In this document: positions 26,298 through 39,900 of the stretch, piece after piece
Layout of the letters: every line of letters begins with the position of its first letter
How positions within the stretch are numbered: position 1 is the first letter of the stretch
Assembly (NCBI GenBank): GCA_016748015.1
Contig: JAAOMT010000261.1
Coordinates: forward strand, 451,883 to 515,882
DNA from: Geosiphon pyriformis uo1
Taxonomy: Eukaryota > Fungi > Glomeromycota
Direction: 5' to 3'
Length of the DNA: 64,000 nucleotides
The notes under the pieces: generated by a model
Database searches by the model: none
The model's input: only the letters and a program-made list of their open reading frames with translations
What the model was told of the DNA's origin: nothing
Program-made: the position numbers and the translations under genes

Positions 26298-29200
26298 AAT
26301 TTGATGTACTTGTGTTGATGATGATGATTGGTTCTAGATCTTGTAGAATTTCATCTGGTTAGACTAGTATTCTCTGTACTCCTAATTGTGGAATATTATT
26401 GGTAAATGATGATGCTATATTGTAATATGGTTTTAGTTGATCTCCATGTACTGCTTTGGTTAAAATTTTGTTGTTCAATCTTAATTTATAAGCTCTATTT
26501 CCTAGACTTTCTTCTATGTAAAATGGTCTGTCTTATTTGGAGTCAAATTTTCCACTCCATTGTTTTTCTGCTTTGGTACAATATAAAAGTACTTTGTCTC
26601 TAATCCTGAATTCGACTGGTTTATCTGGTAATTGGTTATTATGTTTTTCTTTTTGTTTTTCTTGTGACTTTTGAATATTATCAGTTGTTTTTCATTATTT
26701 GCTTTTTAGAGTTTCTATTAAGTCATATGTTCTTTTTAACAATGTTTTTTGGAAATTGTCTTCTATTATTGGTTCAGTTGAATATGTATTGATTTCTATC
26801 TTAACTGGTAATGTTGTTGTTCTATTATATACTAATTCAAATAGTGTTGTTTATGTAATATCTTGTTTCATTGTCTGATAAGCAAATAATATTAATGGTA
26901 TAAACAAATCTTATTCATTTTGATTTTCTTGACTGATTTTGGCAATTGCTTCACACAATATTCTGTTAAATCTTTTAATTAACCCATTTGTTTGTGAATG
27001 ATATGGTAATAATAATGGTTTTTTAATTCCAAATTTTTAACTTAATTCTGCTAGTGTTCTGTTTACAAAATAAGTTTCTTGATCTAATAGTAGTTTTTTT
27101 GGACATCTGTGTTGACAAATTAGATCTTGATAAATAAATTTGGCAATGAATTTTGCATCTGCTCTTTGAATAGCTTTTGCTTCTGGCCATTTAGTAAAAT
27201 AATCTATGGCTACTGCAATATATCTGTTTTCTCTGCTGGTTATTGTTAATGATATAACTAACACAATTTCAATATGATCAAATAGTTGTCTCACTTTGAT
27301 TGGTCTCAATGATTTACTAGGTCTTGTTTCTTTTCTTCTCTGACAAGCATTACAATTTTGAACATATTGGATGATATCTAAATATATTGATAGCCAATAG
27401 TATTTTTTCCTGGTTCTTTTCATGGTTGCTTCTTTATAAAAATATTCCACTGTTAAATCTGAATACATATTAAACAATATTGTTTTTTTTTCTGGCTCTG
27501 TAATTACTCTAGTTGGTTGATCTGGATTTTTTTTGTTCTTCTGGTAAAGTATATTTTGATGGTTGATAAAATATTTTGATTGTTGTTTTATGTTGTTTTG
27601 TTCTTTTTGAGATAATTTCTCCTTAAACTGTTGAGTATTTATATAATGCTGGAGTTGTTGATAATTTTGTGTGTTTATCTTTTGTTATATTTTTGTTTTC
27701 AACTGTTTGAATTTTGTTATATTTTTGGGTTATAATGTTTAAATTTGTTTTATTTGCGACAATCCATTAGCATTTCTATTTTCTTTTTTCTTTTTATAGT
27801 GTACTGTAAAAGTATATAATGAAAGTGCTATTTTTTATTTTGCATGTCAATCATCTTTAAATTCTTGCTTCTGTATTAAAGTCAATCCTTTGTGATCAGT
27901 GTGTATCTCAAATTTCTAGCTTAAGTATTTCTTCCATTTTATAACTGCCCAATAAATTGCTAAGTGTTTTAGTGCTGGTATTTTATAGTTTTTTTTGGCT
28001 GGCATTAAGCTTCAGCTGGTGTATACTACTGGATGTTTTCTTCTATTTGGTTTTTTTTGTGATAATACTGCTCTCAATGCTTGACCTGATGTATCAGTAG
28101 TGATGATAAATGGTTTACTATAATCTGAATAGATCAGTACTAGAGCTTAAATGAGCTTTTTTTTCAGTGTATTGAAAGCTTCTTGTTGTGTTTCCATCTA
28201 TTCATATTTAACATTCTTGGTTTGTAGATGATGCAGTGATTGAGCCAGTTTGGAAAAGTTTTTGATGAAGCAATAATAGTACTCTGTGAATTTCAAGAAT
28301 GCTCATAATTTGGTTAGATTGGTGGGTACTAAAAAAGACTTTACTACTTCAATTTTATCTGGATCTGTTTTAATGTTTTCTTTGCTTACAACATGTTCCA
28401 AAAACTTGAGTTCTGTCTTGTCAAAGAAACACTTGGTTGTGTTTAATTTCAATCTTGCTCTTCTTAGTCTTTCAAACACTTGCTGGAAATAATGAAAATA
28501 ATTATCAAATGTTTTTGAAAACACATTGATATTATCTAAATACATGACTACTGATTTCCATAGTAGTCCAGTATAAACAATTTCTATTAGCCATTGAAAT
28601 ATGGCTGGTGTGTTGATTAAGCCCAATGGTATTACTTCAAATTCAAAATTCTCTTCTCTTGTGGTAAATGTTGTCTTCTTCTTATCTTTTGGATTTATGG
28701 TTACTTGTCAGTAACTGCTATCTAGATCTAATATTGAAAACCATTTTTTTCCTCTAAAAATGTCAAATAATTTTTGAATTTGTAAAGTTGGATAACTGTC
28801 TCTACAAGTTATACTATTGAGTTTTCTATAATTTACACAAAAGTGGATTTTTCTATTTTTCTTATGGACTAGTATTACTGGTAATGACCATGGACTTATT
28901 GATGGCTAAATTAGTTCATTGTTAAGCATCTAATTGATTTCTTGATGAATAATCTCATGGCTGGCTGGTGGTACTTGATATGCTCTTTGTTTGATTGGCA
29001 TTGCATCTCCAGTCTTAATCTAATGCTAAATTATGTCAATTCTGCCAAACTCATTTTCACTTATAAAAATGTTAGTGAAGTTGTTAAGTAATATTTTGAG
29101 TTGTATATGTTAAAGTAAATCTAAGTTTCTTATATTCATTTGTTTTAATTGTTTTGATTGAAGCAAATAACATTCATTCCGTCTATAAATGGTTTGTAAT

Positions 29201-32200
29201 GTTATGTCAATATATTCACACAGTTGTGGAAAATCTGAAATAGGGTTTGGTGGTTGGTTTTCGATTCCAGTAGTTAAATATCCAATGTTGGTTCCTTTTG
29301 GTATCTTGATGACATCTTCTGTATTGTTGTAAATAGGAATTTTGATGTGACTGTGGTTCTTAGCTAGTATGTGTAAATTGACTAATTCAAATTTCCCTGC
29401 TTTACAAATAGTTGGTTCTGTTTCAAAAATTTGTGTTTGATCTTTCACTTTTCTTTCTACTGCTAATATATATCTGTCATATAGTGGAATAGAAATTGCT
29501 TAACAGGTAGAGATAATTTCTCTCTTGTCAACAATTTTTTTCTCTGCCATATTAACTGGTATTTCTATTCTACTCATGGATTCAAATTTACTAATCTCTC
29601 TAGCTGTAATCTTTAATTCTTCTCAGTTTTTTATTGATACTAACTGAATTATTTTAACTAAAGGCAAGAATATTGTCTGTGCTATTTTTTTGTTTGGCTC
29701 TATGATGTAGGCTTTTTTTAAATTATTTTGTAGCATTGCAATAATATTTCCTATATATTCTGCATCAATTATTTCTCTTCTTATATTAATCTCTTTTTTC
29801 ACTAGACTACTCCTTAATGTTAGTTGAACCATTGTTGTTGCTGGGATTTCTAGTGCTATTTTAAAATCAATGCTTGTGTGTAAGTGTAATTCCAATTTAA
29901 TGGCATCTTTTTCTGGATATCTTAGATCAAACCCAGCATTAGTATCATGTGCACATTCTGGCATAATATTTTCATTATTATCACTGAACCATTTCAGTTC
30001 CTGCTTCTTGGTAAGATTAAGGAGTACAATATATTGTTCAGGATTTGAATTGAAGTTTAAATCATTGTTATTTTGGTTGCCATATTAAATAGAACTGGAA
30101 CTGTTGTTATCGTCATTGTCATTGTTAAAGTTAGAATCAGGATTGAAATTTGATTCTGACTCTAATACACAGCTGCTGATTGGTTTCTTTTCTTTGAAGA
30201 TCATGTAAATCATGTGCATCAGTGATTGTAAATGAGGTCATATTTATTACAATATTAGAAATTACATGGAATTAAACAATAATCACATAGTTGAGTATTT
30301 AGTTGTGCTAAATGCTGCTCTTGTTCTTTTTTTGTAAGTGCTAAATTTTAATAATGTTTATAAAACTTTTTTGGGCCTGTTTTTATGTTGAGAAAAACAT
30401 TTGGATTAAGGATAAGGATGATGTTAACTGGTTCTGGAGGATTATTTTTAATTTCCAAGATTTTTCTAAGCATAGCTTTTTTGACTTTGGCATTTGCCAT
30501 TTGCCAGATCTTGTCTTTATTATGTGGGTAACCATCCAAGTAAAAGATTGCTTAGTGCCAGACTGCAATAATGGGTGTCCTATAACTCATCCAATTACTA
30601 ATAAGGATTGTGTATTGGCACAAAATATTGCATATTCCTCCTTGACCAGAAATATTGTTTCACATTTTTTTGTTAAGCAACTGTTCTCTACACACAAGAC
30701 ATAATTCATTGTCCCACTTTTCTTAACATTTGAGATAACCATAGTATTTACAGTGGCAAGACTTGCAATAATAATGGGTTCTTATTTAATGGTTTTTGTC
30801 AGATACAATTCATGCTTTCATAAAAGATAGTTTTTTTTTGCAGTATTTACACTTGAAAGATATATATAGTGATTCTGGTCTGGTGTTAGTAAAATATGAT
30901 CTTCTCTAGTCACTAGTTTCTTTGATGGCTATTTTTTCCTGTGGCTTTTTTTCAGATAGATTTTCTTCCTTTTTTTCTCTTTATCTTCCCAGGACAAAAT
31001 TGGTGGTAGCTTATTGTGGTTTTTATTGGCCCAGAAAACTTGATAGACTTCTCAAATAGGTTTTTTTTCTTCTTTTTCTAGCTTGATTAATAGTTGTTTT
31101 TTCTTTGAAGAAGCTCTAAAATGTCTATACATGGCCAGTGTTCGAACATGTTGCCTATTTTGACTGAGCTGAAGCTCTTGCATAGTCTAATCAAGTATAG
31201 CATTGGTCTTGAATAGCCAGTTATTACCAACAAGAACCTGGTATTGTGTGGCTTTCATTACCAAAACTTTAATTAGTACAATAATACTATTGATTTTGAT
31301 AGGTAAGTTGTTAATTTTACCAATAGGAGTTTTGGTTGCTCCATCAGCTGTAATAATTTTGGCATTAGCAGCATGATTAACTCAGTAACCTAATTGGTTC
31401 ATGAGTTGTTTTGTAATGATGCTATCAGCTAATCCATTGTCTAAGATTAATTTGATGAAGTGGTTATTAACTTTGGTATTAGTGTATATTGCAGTGATGG
31501 ATTTGGTATTAAGAGTGGCTCCACTAAATAAAAGTGTTGTTATTGGTGTCTTAAAGTTAAAGGAAAAAATTGCTGCTAATAATTTGTCATTGGTAACAGT
31601 GGCTGAAGGTATGTTGTTGTTAATTGATTTCTTTGAAGTTGTTTCCAAGTCATAGGTTGAAGTATCTTCTAGAGTAACCAAAAGACTTAAATAGTTCTGA
31701 GAGTTCAGGTTTTGAGTGTATCTGGTTTTTGAACTTTATTGACAAGATCCTGATTATTGGGTAGATGAACTGGGAATTGGTTAATAAACAACCATTATTG
31801 ATCTCCAGTTTTGTTGAATGGTTCTTGGTCTTTGGTTTCTAAGTAACATTGAAGTTAGAACTTGTGATGGTGTTTGAATTTGTTGGGGTTAATATATTAC
31901 TTGTAGCTGTGGTTGATAAATAACTAGTGCTGAATTCTGATAAATAAGTGGTTGATAAATTGGCAGCTACATTACTGATAAGTAATTTAGTTGATATAGT
32001 TTTGAATTGGGTTGATATCTTGGAGTTTGAAACCAGTGATCAGAGTTTTGATATTGGTTTCTTGATTGTTAGCTATTTAATCAATGGTGGCAGTTGATTT
32101 GCAAGTGGTCTTGTTTATTACAATAGTGACAAACATGTGTTTTCTGTTGCCACTGTTGATTGGTTGACAATGATAGGCATGATTGATTTTGGGAATGATT

Positions 32201-33830
32201 TGAATTTCTCTGATTATTGTGTCATTGTAAAGGTTAATAAATTGTTCAATTGTCAGCTAAATATCTTTCTAATTTCTGATTAATTGAGTTACTGAATTGT
32301 TTCAATTTTAAATCCAATTCAAATAATCCATTTATTACTAGATTTACAGTTTAGACATAGTTGGCTTCTAGTTTGACAGCTTTAAAATCTCTGGCATAAG
32401 TGACTGCTGCTTAGAGATCTGCTGGATGTATTGGATATATGTATTGGAGAATGCTACTGTGCAGGCCTTTGATGAATTGATTTAAGATTTGTGGTATGAT
32501 GAAATAATTAGCTTGTATTGCCTAAATTTGGTGCAGATTTCTATAGAAATGTTCTAGATATGTGATAACTGCTTCTGTATCTCTCTGTTTAATAGTGGTA
32601 AAGATATTGGCCAGTCAGTTGATGCTATTATTGTTATTAAAGTATTACAAAAATTCAAGCTTGAATGCATTAAAGTCTTAGGGTTTGTTGACCAAGCTTT
32701 AATACTATGAGTTGGTGATATCCTGAAGAAAGTATGGAATGACTTGTATGGCTCTGGTGTTATTCCATCCATTAATTGCGATGGCTTTTTTGATATTGTT
32801 TAGCCATACCTAAGTGTTATCCTCTTCACCAGTAAACTTTTTGATTTTTGCAATTGAAGTGTATACTATTAGAGCTATGAGCAATGATTGTTGAAGTGGC
32901 TGTTATAATTGTTGCTGAAGTGGTACTTATAACTATTGAATTGGTTTAGCAATTGGTTTAATTAGTGGCTGATTGATAATAATTATCAGAAGTAAGTTTT
33001 ATTGATTATTAATGTCAGGATTTGAATTGTTCTGATTTTGTGAAGTTTAAATATTCAGAGATTCAATTTCCTATTTTTCAAAATTGGGTTTTGGTAGTTA
33101 AATTCTTGATCCTTATCTTTTTTTTCTTCTGATTTTGTCACTTTTCAAGAATTTGTGGTTCCGAAATCTGGTTGAAGTAGTGGTGATTGAAATCCTAATA
33201 GCATTGGTAATTGGAATTTAAATCCTTCAAAATACTTACTGTATGTTTCTAATAGATCAGTTTTTGATTGTTTACTTTAGAATAGAATACAGGCCAATAG
33301 TGTTTTTGTATTTGATGTGGATGCGTCTGTTAATGAGATGTTGATGACACTTTCAGATGTATAGTAATATAATGGATTAGTTGGTAATTCAAGTCTTGTT
33401 TTCTTCCAAGTAGATGGTTGTATTTTTTGAGATGTTACTACTGGTATTTGTAGTTTTCTTTTGTCTTTGTTTACATAGGTGATTGAGTATCTTTGTTGAA
33501 TGTAATTTTCAATTTTTCTATTGATTTCCATGAAGATTGCAGTAAAGTTATAATTTACTGATAGGCTGGTGTTTTGAATTAATTTATTGTAGAAATTTTC
33601 TTTTGCTGAGTTGGTTTCTATTGGTACTCTTAGCAAATATGAAATTCTCTTATTAATATAAAAATTGAAGGCTGATTCTGCTAATAAGTAATTGCTAGTT
33701 AATCTTAAGTGTTGACAATAATGTTAAAATAAAAATTTGGCAAATCCTAAATGGTTTGTTCCTATTCTTTCTGGTTTTGTCACTTTTGAATGGTTGTTGT
33801 TGATGTTAGTTCTTTGTAGAATTATATCTT
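26298..33830 (-). pseudogene. gag-pol of element 4
   Basis: ORF fragments 27037-27477 (IN), 28303-28626 (RT), 29623-29964 (dUTPase), 31382-31681 (PR) and 33277-33636 (gag leader). Confidence 0.9.
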
Positions 33831-33845
33831 ACAGTAAGCACTAAA

Positions 33846-34612
33846 TATTACAGGTGATTATTTGGGTAGTTGAAATAAATAACAAATCTGTAACTTGGTG
33901 CTTAATAGCTGATATGGTTGGTAATATTTGAAGATTTTGGTTGTCTAAAGGTTTTGGTTAAGTCTTTTGTATAATGGACAAAGATTTAATAATTGTTTTC
34001 AATAGTCTTTTGAAATCACAATTTCATTTAATTTCTTTTTTAGCTTGGTAGCCAGTTTTATTCTGACATTTGTGCCCTTTTGGTAAGCTATTCATTAATA
34101 TATATATGATGTTACTCTTATTTCTAGGTTTTTTATCAAACTATTCATGATGTCAATAACTCAGTGCTTAATTTTTAATCAATTAGTAACAACAAAAAAT
34201 AACAAAAGAAGAAAAATAAAATAAAAAAAATAAAAAAATAAGCCAAGACAATGAATATTAGTATTTTATTAATAGCTGTAATCAAGAGCTATTGTTTCAG
34301 TGTGGTTAAATATCAGTTATTATCAACATGAAGTGTTAATAGTAGAGAATAGATTAAGATAGCAAATAATTATTTATTGATATTTTTGAATAAAGAGATT
34401 GCTTAGATCAAATCTAAAACTGAAAGATCTGTTTTTTCTATTTCTAATACTATTGCTATATATACATAATTGAGATTTTTCAATTTCTCAATTCTTCATA
34501 TCAGAAATCCTGCAATTTTTTTGAAAGAAATTCTGAAATTCCACATTTACTACATCTATCTCTGATTGGCTAATTTATATACTAATATACTTCCTATATT
34601 CTATAAATAACA
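33846..34612 (-). repeat. 5' LTR of element 4
   Basis: Adjacent to the PBS; its U3 repeat array is shorter than in the 3' copy. Confidence 0.92.
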
Positions 34613-34725
34613 ATGCAAATCAAAGATATAAGAAACAAAATTAAACAAACATATTAAAAAAAAAATATTAGACTTAATTTAAAGTGAAATTTTTGACAGA
34701 GCTTAATATTAAAAGGAGAAGATAA

Positions 34726-35530
34726 TGTTACTTATAAAAAAAAAATATAAAGAAAATAATAGGAAAACAGATAGACCAATAGGAGAATAGTAGTTAACAC
34801 ATAAGCATATTGCTCAACAATGTAAAACAATGTCAGAAATTATGGCACATTGCTTAGCAATATAAAGCAATATTAGAAAATTAGAGCACATTGCTTAAAA
34901 AATTATAGCACATTGCTTGGAAATGTGAGTGATTTTATAGAACCTAAATTATATATATATAGCAAGAGCATTAAAAGCAGAAGAAAAGGACAAAGACCTT
35001 CCTATTATTACATTTTTATTAGAATTATCAATATTAATAAATAATTATTACCATCTAAATCATTTTTCTCACTATTAATATTTTATGTTAATAGTATCAA
35101 ATACTTGATTATACTAGAACAATAGCTTTTAATTATGGCTATTGACAGGATACTAATGTTACTTGCCTTGGCTTAACTTCTTTATTTTCTTTTATTTTCT
35201 TTCTTTTCTTTGGTTTGTTTTGTTGTTTACTAATTGATTAAGGATCAACATATGGAGTTATCAGCATCAAAGTAATTGGTAAAAGACCCAGAAATAAGGA
35301 TAGAACATTCAATTGAGGATAGCTTACCAGGAAAATTACTGGTCATTATGCTGAAAAAAAAATTTGACAGAATTGCAATTCTGAAAAACTACAGATTACA
35401 ATTCTTGAATCTTTGTTTATTATACAAAAAACTCAACCAAACCTTCAGATACTACCAATCATAGCAGTTATTAAACACCAAGTTATGGATTTGTTATTTG
35501 ATTTGAGATTTCAAATAATTACCTGTAACA
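34726..35530 (+). repeat. 3' LTR of element 3 (family B, U3 variant B2)
   Basis: TGTTACT...CCTGTAACA after PPT AAAAGGAGAAGATAA. Confidence 0.92.
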
Positions 35531-35845
35531 ATATCTAAAAAAAGACACTCAAAAGAGTTTTTTATGATCTTGCTAATGGCTTTTTTTTCCAAAAAAAAAG
35601 GATCATTCTTAGTAATATTAAATATTTTAACAATGTAAAAAATATTTTTTTGGTCAAGCTTGATTTTGGTAATAATATGTATTTGGATATAAATAGTAAA
35701 TCTAATAATAGTAAAAACAGTAGATCTATAATTAGTATTAATAGTAGATTTCTTTTTGATTTAGTTGTTACTATTTTTAAGACCAAAAAAATGATTTTTA
35801 ATATAATTTGTGACTTTTTTCTTGGTTTTTTTAATTTCAATATGG

Positions 35846-36658
35846 TGTTATGGGAGTGTTTTTTTAGTATATTTTAATTGTTAATCTCCCATTTTAATTG
35901 CAATCAGTCTCTCATGAGTTTCTCTATTTTATGTATTGAATATTAATGATAATATACTGAAGATTTTCTCTTAATGTTGTGATGTAAGTCTTCTCTTTAA
36001 TTCTAGTTGTCCTTGTATGTTGTATACTCTTTCCCAAAGGCTAATCTGAAATTTACTCACTGTTTGGGGTCTTCTCTGAGGCTATCCTTGCAATTGCCTA
36101 ATGTGTTTTTCTAATCTAAAAACACGGAATGTTAATGGCTTTTTCATGATTTTCCTAAGTATATAATAAAGCTTTTTCAATTTAATTAGTAACTACATGA
36201 ATAATCTTAATCAGAAATTATTCTTCCAAAGGGTTCAAAAATAGAATAATAGTTTCATTCACTAGAGAGAATATGTGAATTCTATTGTTAATCTCGTAAT
36301 TGTGATGTTTATTCAATTTATTATTTTTATTAATTTTTTTTTTGAATAAAATTTTATTTAGATATTTGTTGCTTTTAGTTGAAGCTGTTTGTTTTTATTA
36401 TTAAAAACTATTATATATATATAATTATTGTTTTACAAAATAACATCTTGTAATACTCTATTTCTATTATTTTTAAATAGTGCTTGCTGCTATTGTAAAA
36501 TAGTGCTTGCTGCTTTTACACAATAGTGCTTGCTGCTATTGCACAATAATGCTTGCTGTTATTTGTAAATTATTTCTTTTTATAATTATTGCTGTGCTAT
36601 TTCATGATTGGCTAATTTATATTATTTATAATTTCTATTAAATTCTTGAACTATAACA
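35846..36658 (-). repeat. 3' LTR of element 5
   Basis: Direct repeat of 42747-43560. Confidence 0.95.
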
Positions 36659-36671
36659 TTATCCCCTCCTT

Positions 36672-36960
36672 TCAAGATTGAGCTCTATTGAAATTGAAGT
36701 TAATTTCTTCATTGAATTCTAAGTTGTTATAGTAGTCCAATACTGTATTATTAACTTGTTGTTGTAATTTTTGAAATTGTAAGTTGGTAAGTCGTCCAAT
36801 ATTATTAGTTGTTATTATGTTCATGGTTGGATTCAGTAATACTTTGTGACAATTTTCAAATGCTTTGAAAATTCCATAAACTGCTTTTTGAATAGAATGT
36901 AATATTGGTTTTTCCAATAAAACTTTCTAATTGTTGAATTGTTGCTTTGTCAAATATTTT
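36672..36960 (-). pseudogene. C-terminal half of an ORF3 homolog
   Basis: KAVYGIFKAF..VLLNP.MNIIT.NNIGRLTNLQFQKLQ. Confidence 0.75.
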
Positions 36961-36984
36961 AATTGATGGGTGGGTTCATGATTT

Positions 36985-39900
36985 TTACATGTGTCTCATT
37001 TTTGACAAACAGTCAGCATTGGCATTTTTGGTATCTTCTTTGTATTTGATAATATAATCATATGATGCTAATATTTGTGACCATTTGGCATATTTTCTTT
37101 TCAGTGCTTTCTTGTTATTTAACCAGACCAGACTTCTATGATCTGTGGTAATATTAAAGAGTTTGTACCATAAATATGTGTCAAAGTGAATGCAACTCCA
37201 GACTACTGCTAAGCATTCCAGTTCATGTGCTACATAGTTTTGTTCTGCCATACTGAGATTTCTACTGGCATAAACAATTACATATTCTCTTTTATTATTA
37301 TTTTTTTGTGAAAAAATGGCTTCAAGTCCAGTTTCAGAGGCATTTGTGACCAAAATGAATTTCTTGTTGAAATTTGAATAGATTATTATTGGTAATTTAA
37401 TAAGCTTTTGCCTAAGATACTCAAAAACTTTTTGCTGTGTTTTGGTCTATTCAAATTTTGCATTTTTGGATAGTAGATAATTAAGAGGTTTGGCAATGTT
37501 TGAAAAGTTTTCTACAAAGTGGCAGTAGTAAGATGTAAGTCCTAAAAAGCTTCTAACTTCTGAAATGTTTTGAGGTACTAGAAAATTTTTTACTTTGTCT
37601 ATTTTTGATGGATCTGGTTTTATTCCATCTTTTCCAACTATGTGTTCTAGAAATGCTAGCTCATTTTTCCCAAAGAAACATTTTTCTAAATTTAATTTAA
37701 GTTCAGTATGTCTTAATCTCTCAAAAACTTGTTGTAAATGTTGAAGATAATCTGCAAATTTTGGCGAGAAAACATTTGTATTATCCAAGTAGACAACAAC
37801 AGATTGCCACAGAATTCCAGAATAAATTATGTCCATTAGTCTTTGGAATGTTGCAAGAGTGTTTGTCAATCCAAATGACATTACATTGAACTTATAATTG
37901 CTATTTTGTGTTATGAATGCTATTTTATGCCTGTCTTTTGGGTCCATTTCTACTTGCCAGTATCCACTAGTCAAGTCAAGTGTAAAAAACCATTTTGCTC
38001 TTCCAAAAATGTTAAAGATTTCATCAATTAACAGTATTGGGTATGAGTCTTTGGTTGTTTTGCTATTTAGTTTGTGATAGTTAATGCAAAATCTAATTTT
38101 TCCATTCTTTTTCCTTACTAAAACAACTGGTAAGGACCATGGGCTCATTGATGGTTGAATTATTTCTTTTTCCAACATGCTTTAGACTTTTTCTCTGATA
38201 AAATTATGCTCCATTGGTGGGACATAGTAAATGTATTGTTTTTCAGATCTGGTGTCCCCAGTGAGAATTTGGTGTTGAACCAAGTTGGTTCTTTTAAATT
38301 TATCATTTCATGAAAATATATCAGAGTATTTTAAAATTAATGCTTTTAATTGTCACTGTTGGTCTGAATCCATTGTTCCAATGTTTAATTTGGCCAATTT
38401 TTCTGGCATAAATTGATAGCATTCCAACAGTTGTTGCTAATTTATTGAAGTGAGTTTACAGTAAAGGGTGATTTCTAAGAAATTTAGAATTTTTTGTGGT
38501 GTTGATGCATTTTCTAGCTCCATTTTAAGGTATCCTATGATGGTGTTTTTTGGAATGTATATAAGCTCTTCTGTAGTATTTATAATAGGAATTTTTATCC
38601 ATTGTGTTTTGTCAGCTGGAATAAAAAGATTAGTAAGTCCTATAGGAAACTGTTGGCAAGTTTCTGGGTGGGACTCGAATATTAGATTTATATCTTTTAT
38701 TGTCCTTTTTATTTTAATTTCTAATTTTTTATAAGGCGTAAGTGTGATTAACCGCTCATTTCTAATTAATTCATTTTTCTTCTCTGGCATTTCAATAAAA
38801 TTTGCTTCAATTCTTTTTCTTGTTGATCCAAAACCATAAATTCCTCTCATTGTTTGTGTTAATTTCTCTCAATTTTCTATTGGTACAAATTTTTCAACTT
38901 TTACTAATAGTAAAAAAATTGCTTATGTAATTTTCTCCTTAGATTCAATGATATAAAATTTTTCTGAATTGTTTTGTAGCAAAACCATTAAATTTCCAGT
39001 GTAGTCAGAATCAATTACTCCTTCTTGAACACTTATTCTTTTTTTTGCAAGGTTTGATTGTGATGCTATTTGAACCATTATTTTTGGCAAAATTTCAATT
39101 ACTATTTTTAAGTCAATTTTGGTGATGCTCCTGGGTGGTAATGTTATGGATTGGTCTTCTGGATAACATAGATCAAATTCAACATTAGTTGGATGGACTC
39201 TTTTGGGTATTATTCCTAAGTGCTCATTGTCAAAGTATCAGATATCAATCTCTTGTTCTAGATTGGTATAGACTACAAATTTTTTTGACTTAGAACCATT
39301 AGGTGAGTCTTATTGATTTATTGATTGATTTTGGTACTGCTAATTCTCAATTTCCATTTTTTTTGCCAAGTTTCTTTTATATTAACACTCTTCACAGCAC
39401 TGACTTTGGCATAGAATAAGACAGTCTTTACAAAGATAAGTATTAATCTGAACAAGATACTGTTCCTGTTTTTGGTGAGTAGGACACAGCTGTTGATAAT
39501 TTTCCTGGAATTCGTCTACTGGGTTGAACATGTTATAGTTGGCAACTTTGTCAGCTATTTCAGCTGACACTTTCCAACGTCATATTTCTTTGGTAGTTTT
39601 TTCTCTTACTTTGGCTTGTGTGGTGTTGTATAATTCATTCTTGTCATGTGAATAGTGCTGCAGTCTTTTTAATACTCTGTTAAACACTGCTTCAAACAGC
39701 ATTTTTTTTCTTATCCAGTCACAAATGAGGATTATGTATTGGCAAATTGCATCACACATTCTTTCTCTGCCTGGCATGTTGATCTAGTCGCATCTTTTTG
39801 GCAACAGTTCTCTACAAGTGAGACATGGTTTTTTGTCACATTTTCCGTGTCTTTCTGGGTAATCATATTTTTCTTTGTTATAATGGTTACAATAGTAGTG

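Larger units (their letters stand above)
24767..34612 (-). mobile_element. Ty3/Gypsy element 4 (family B), full length, decayed
   Basis: LTRs 24767-25598 and 33846-34612, TSD GTGC/ATGC, decayed PBS ~33826-33843, PPT 25599-25613. Order is gag, PR (LILDNG), dUTPase (29623-29964), RT, RH, IN, ORF3. Confidence 0.95.
20925..35530 (+). mobile_element. Ty3/Gypsy element 3 (family B2), 5'-truncated, interrupted by element 4
   Basis: Runs from the end of dUTPase through RT, RH and IN (20925-24178). ORF3 starts at 24232, is split at 24766/34617, then PPT 34711-34725 and 3' LTR 34726-35530. Confidence 0.88.

Noticed and set aside
35276-35464. LTR-encoded peptide
   Set aside because: The frame is not preserved in other family B LTRs.
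36478-36560. CRISPR-like repeat arrays
   Set aside because: These are short tandem units without unique spacers, inside LTR U3, in a eukaryotic context with no cas genes.
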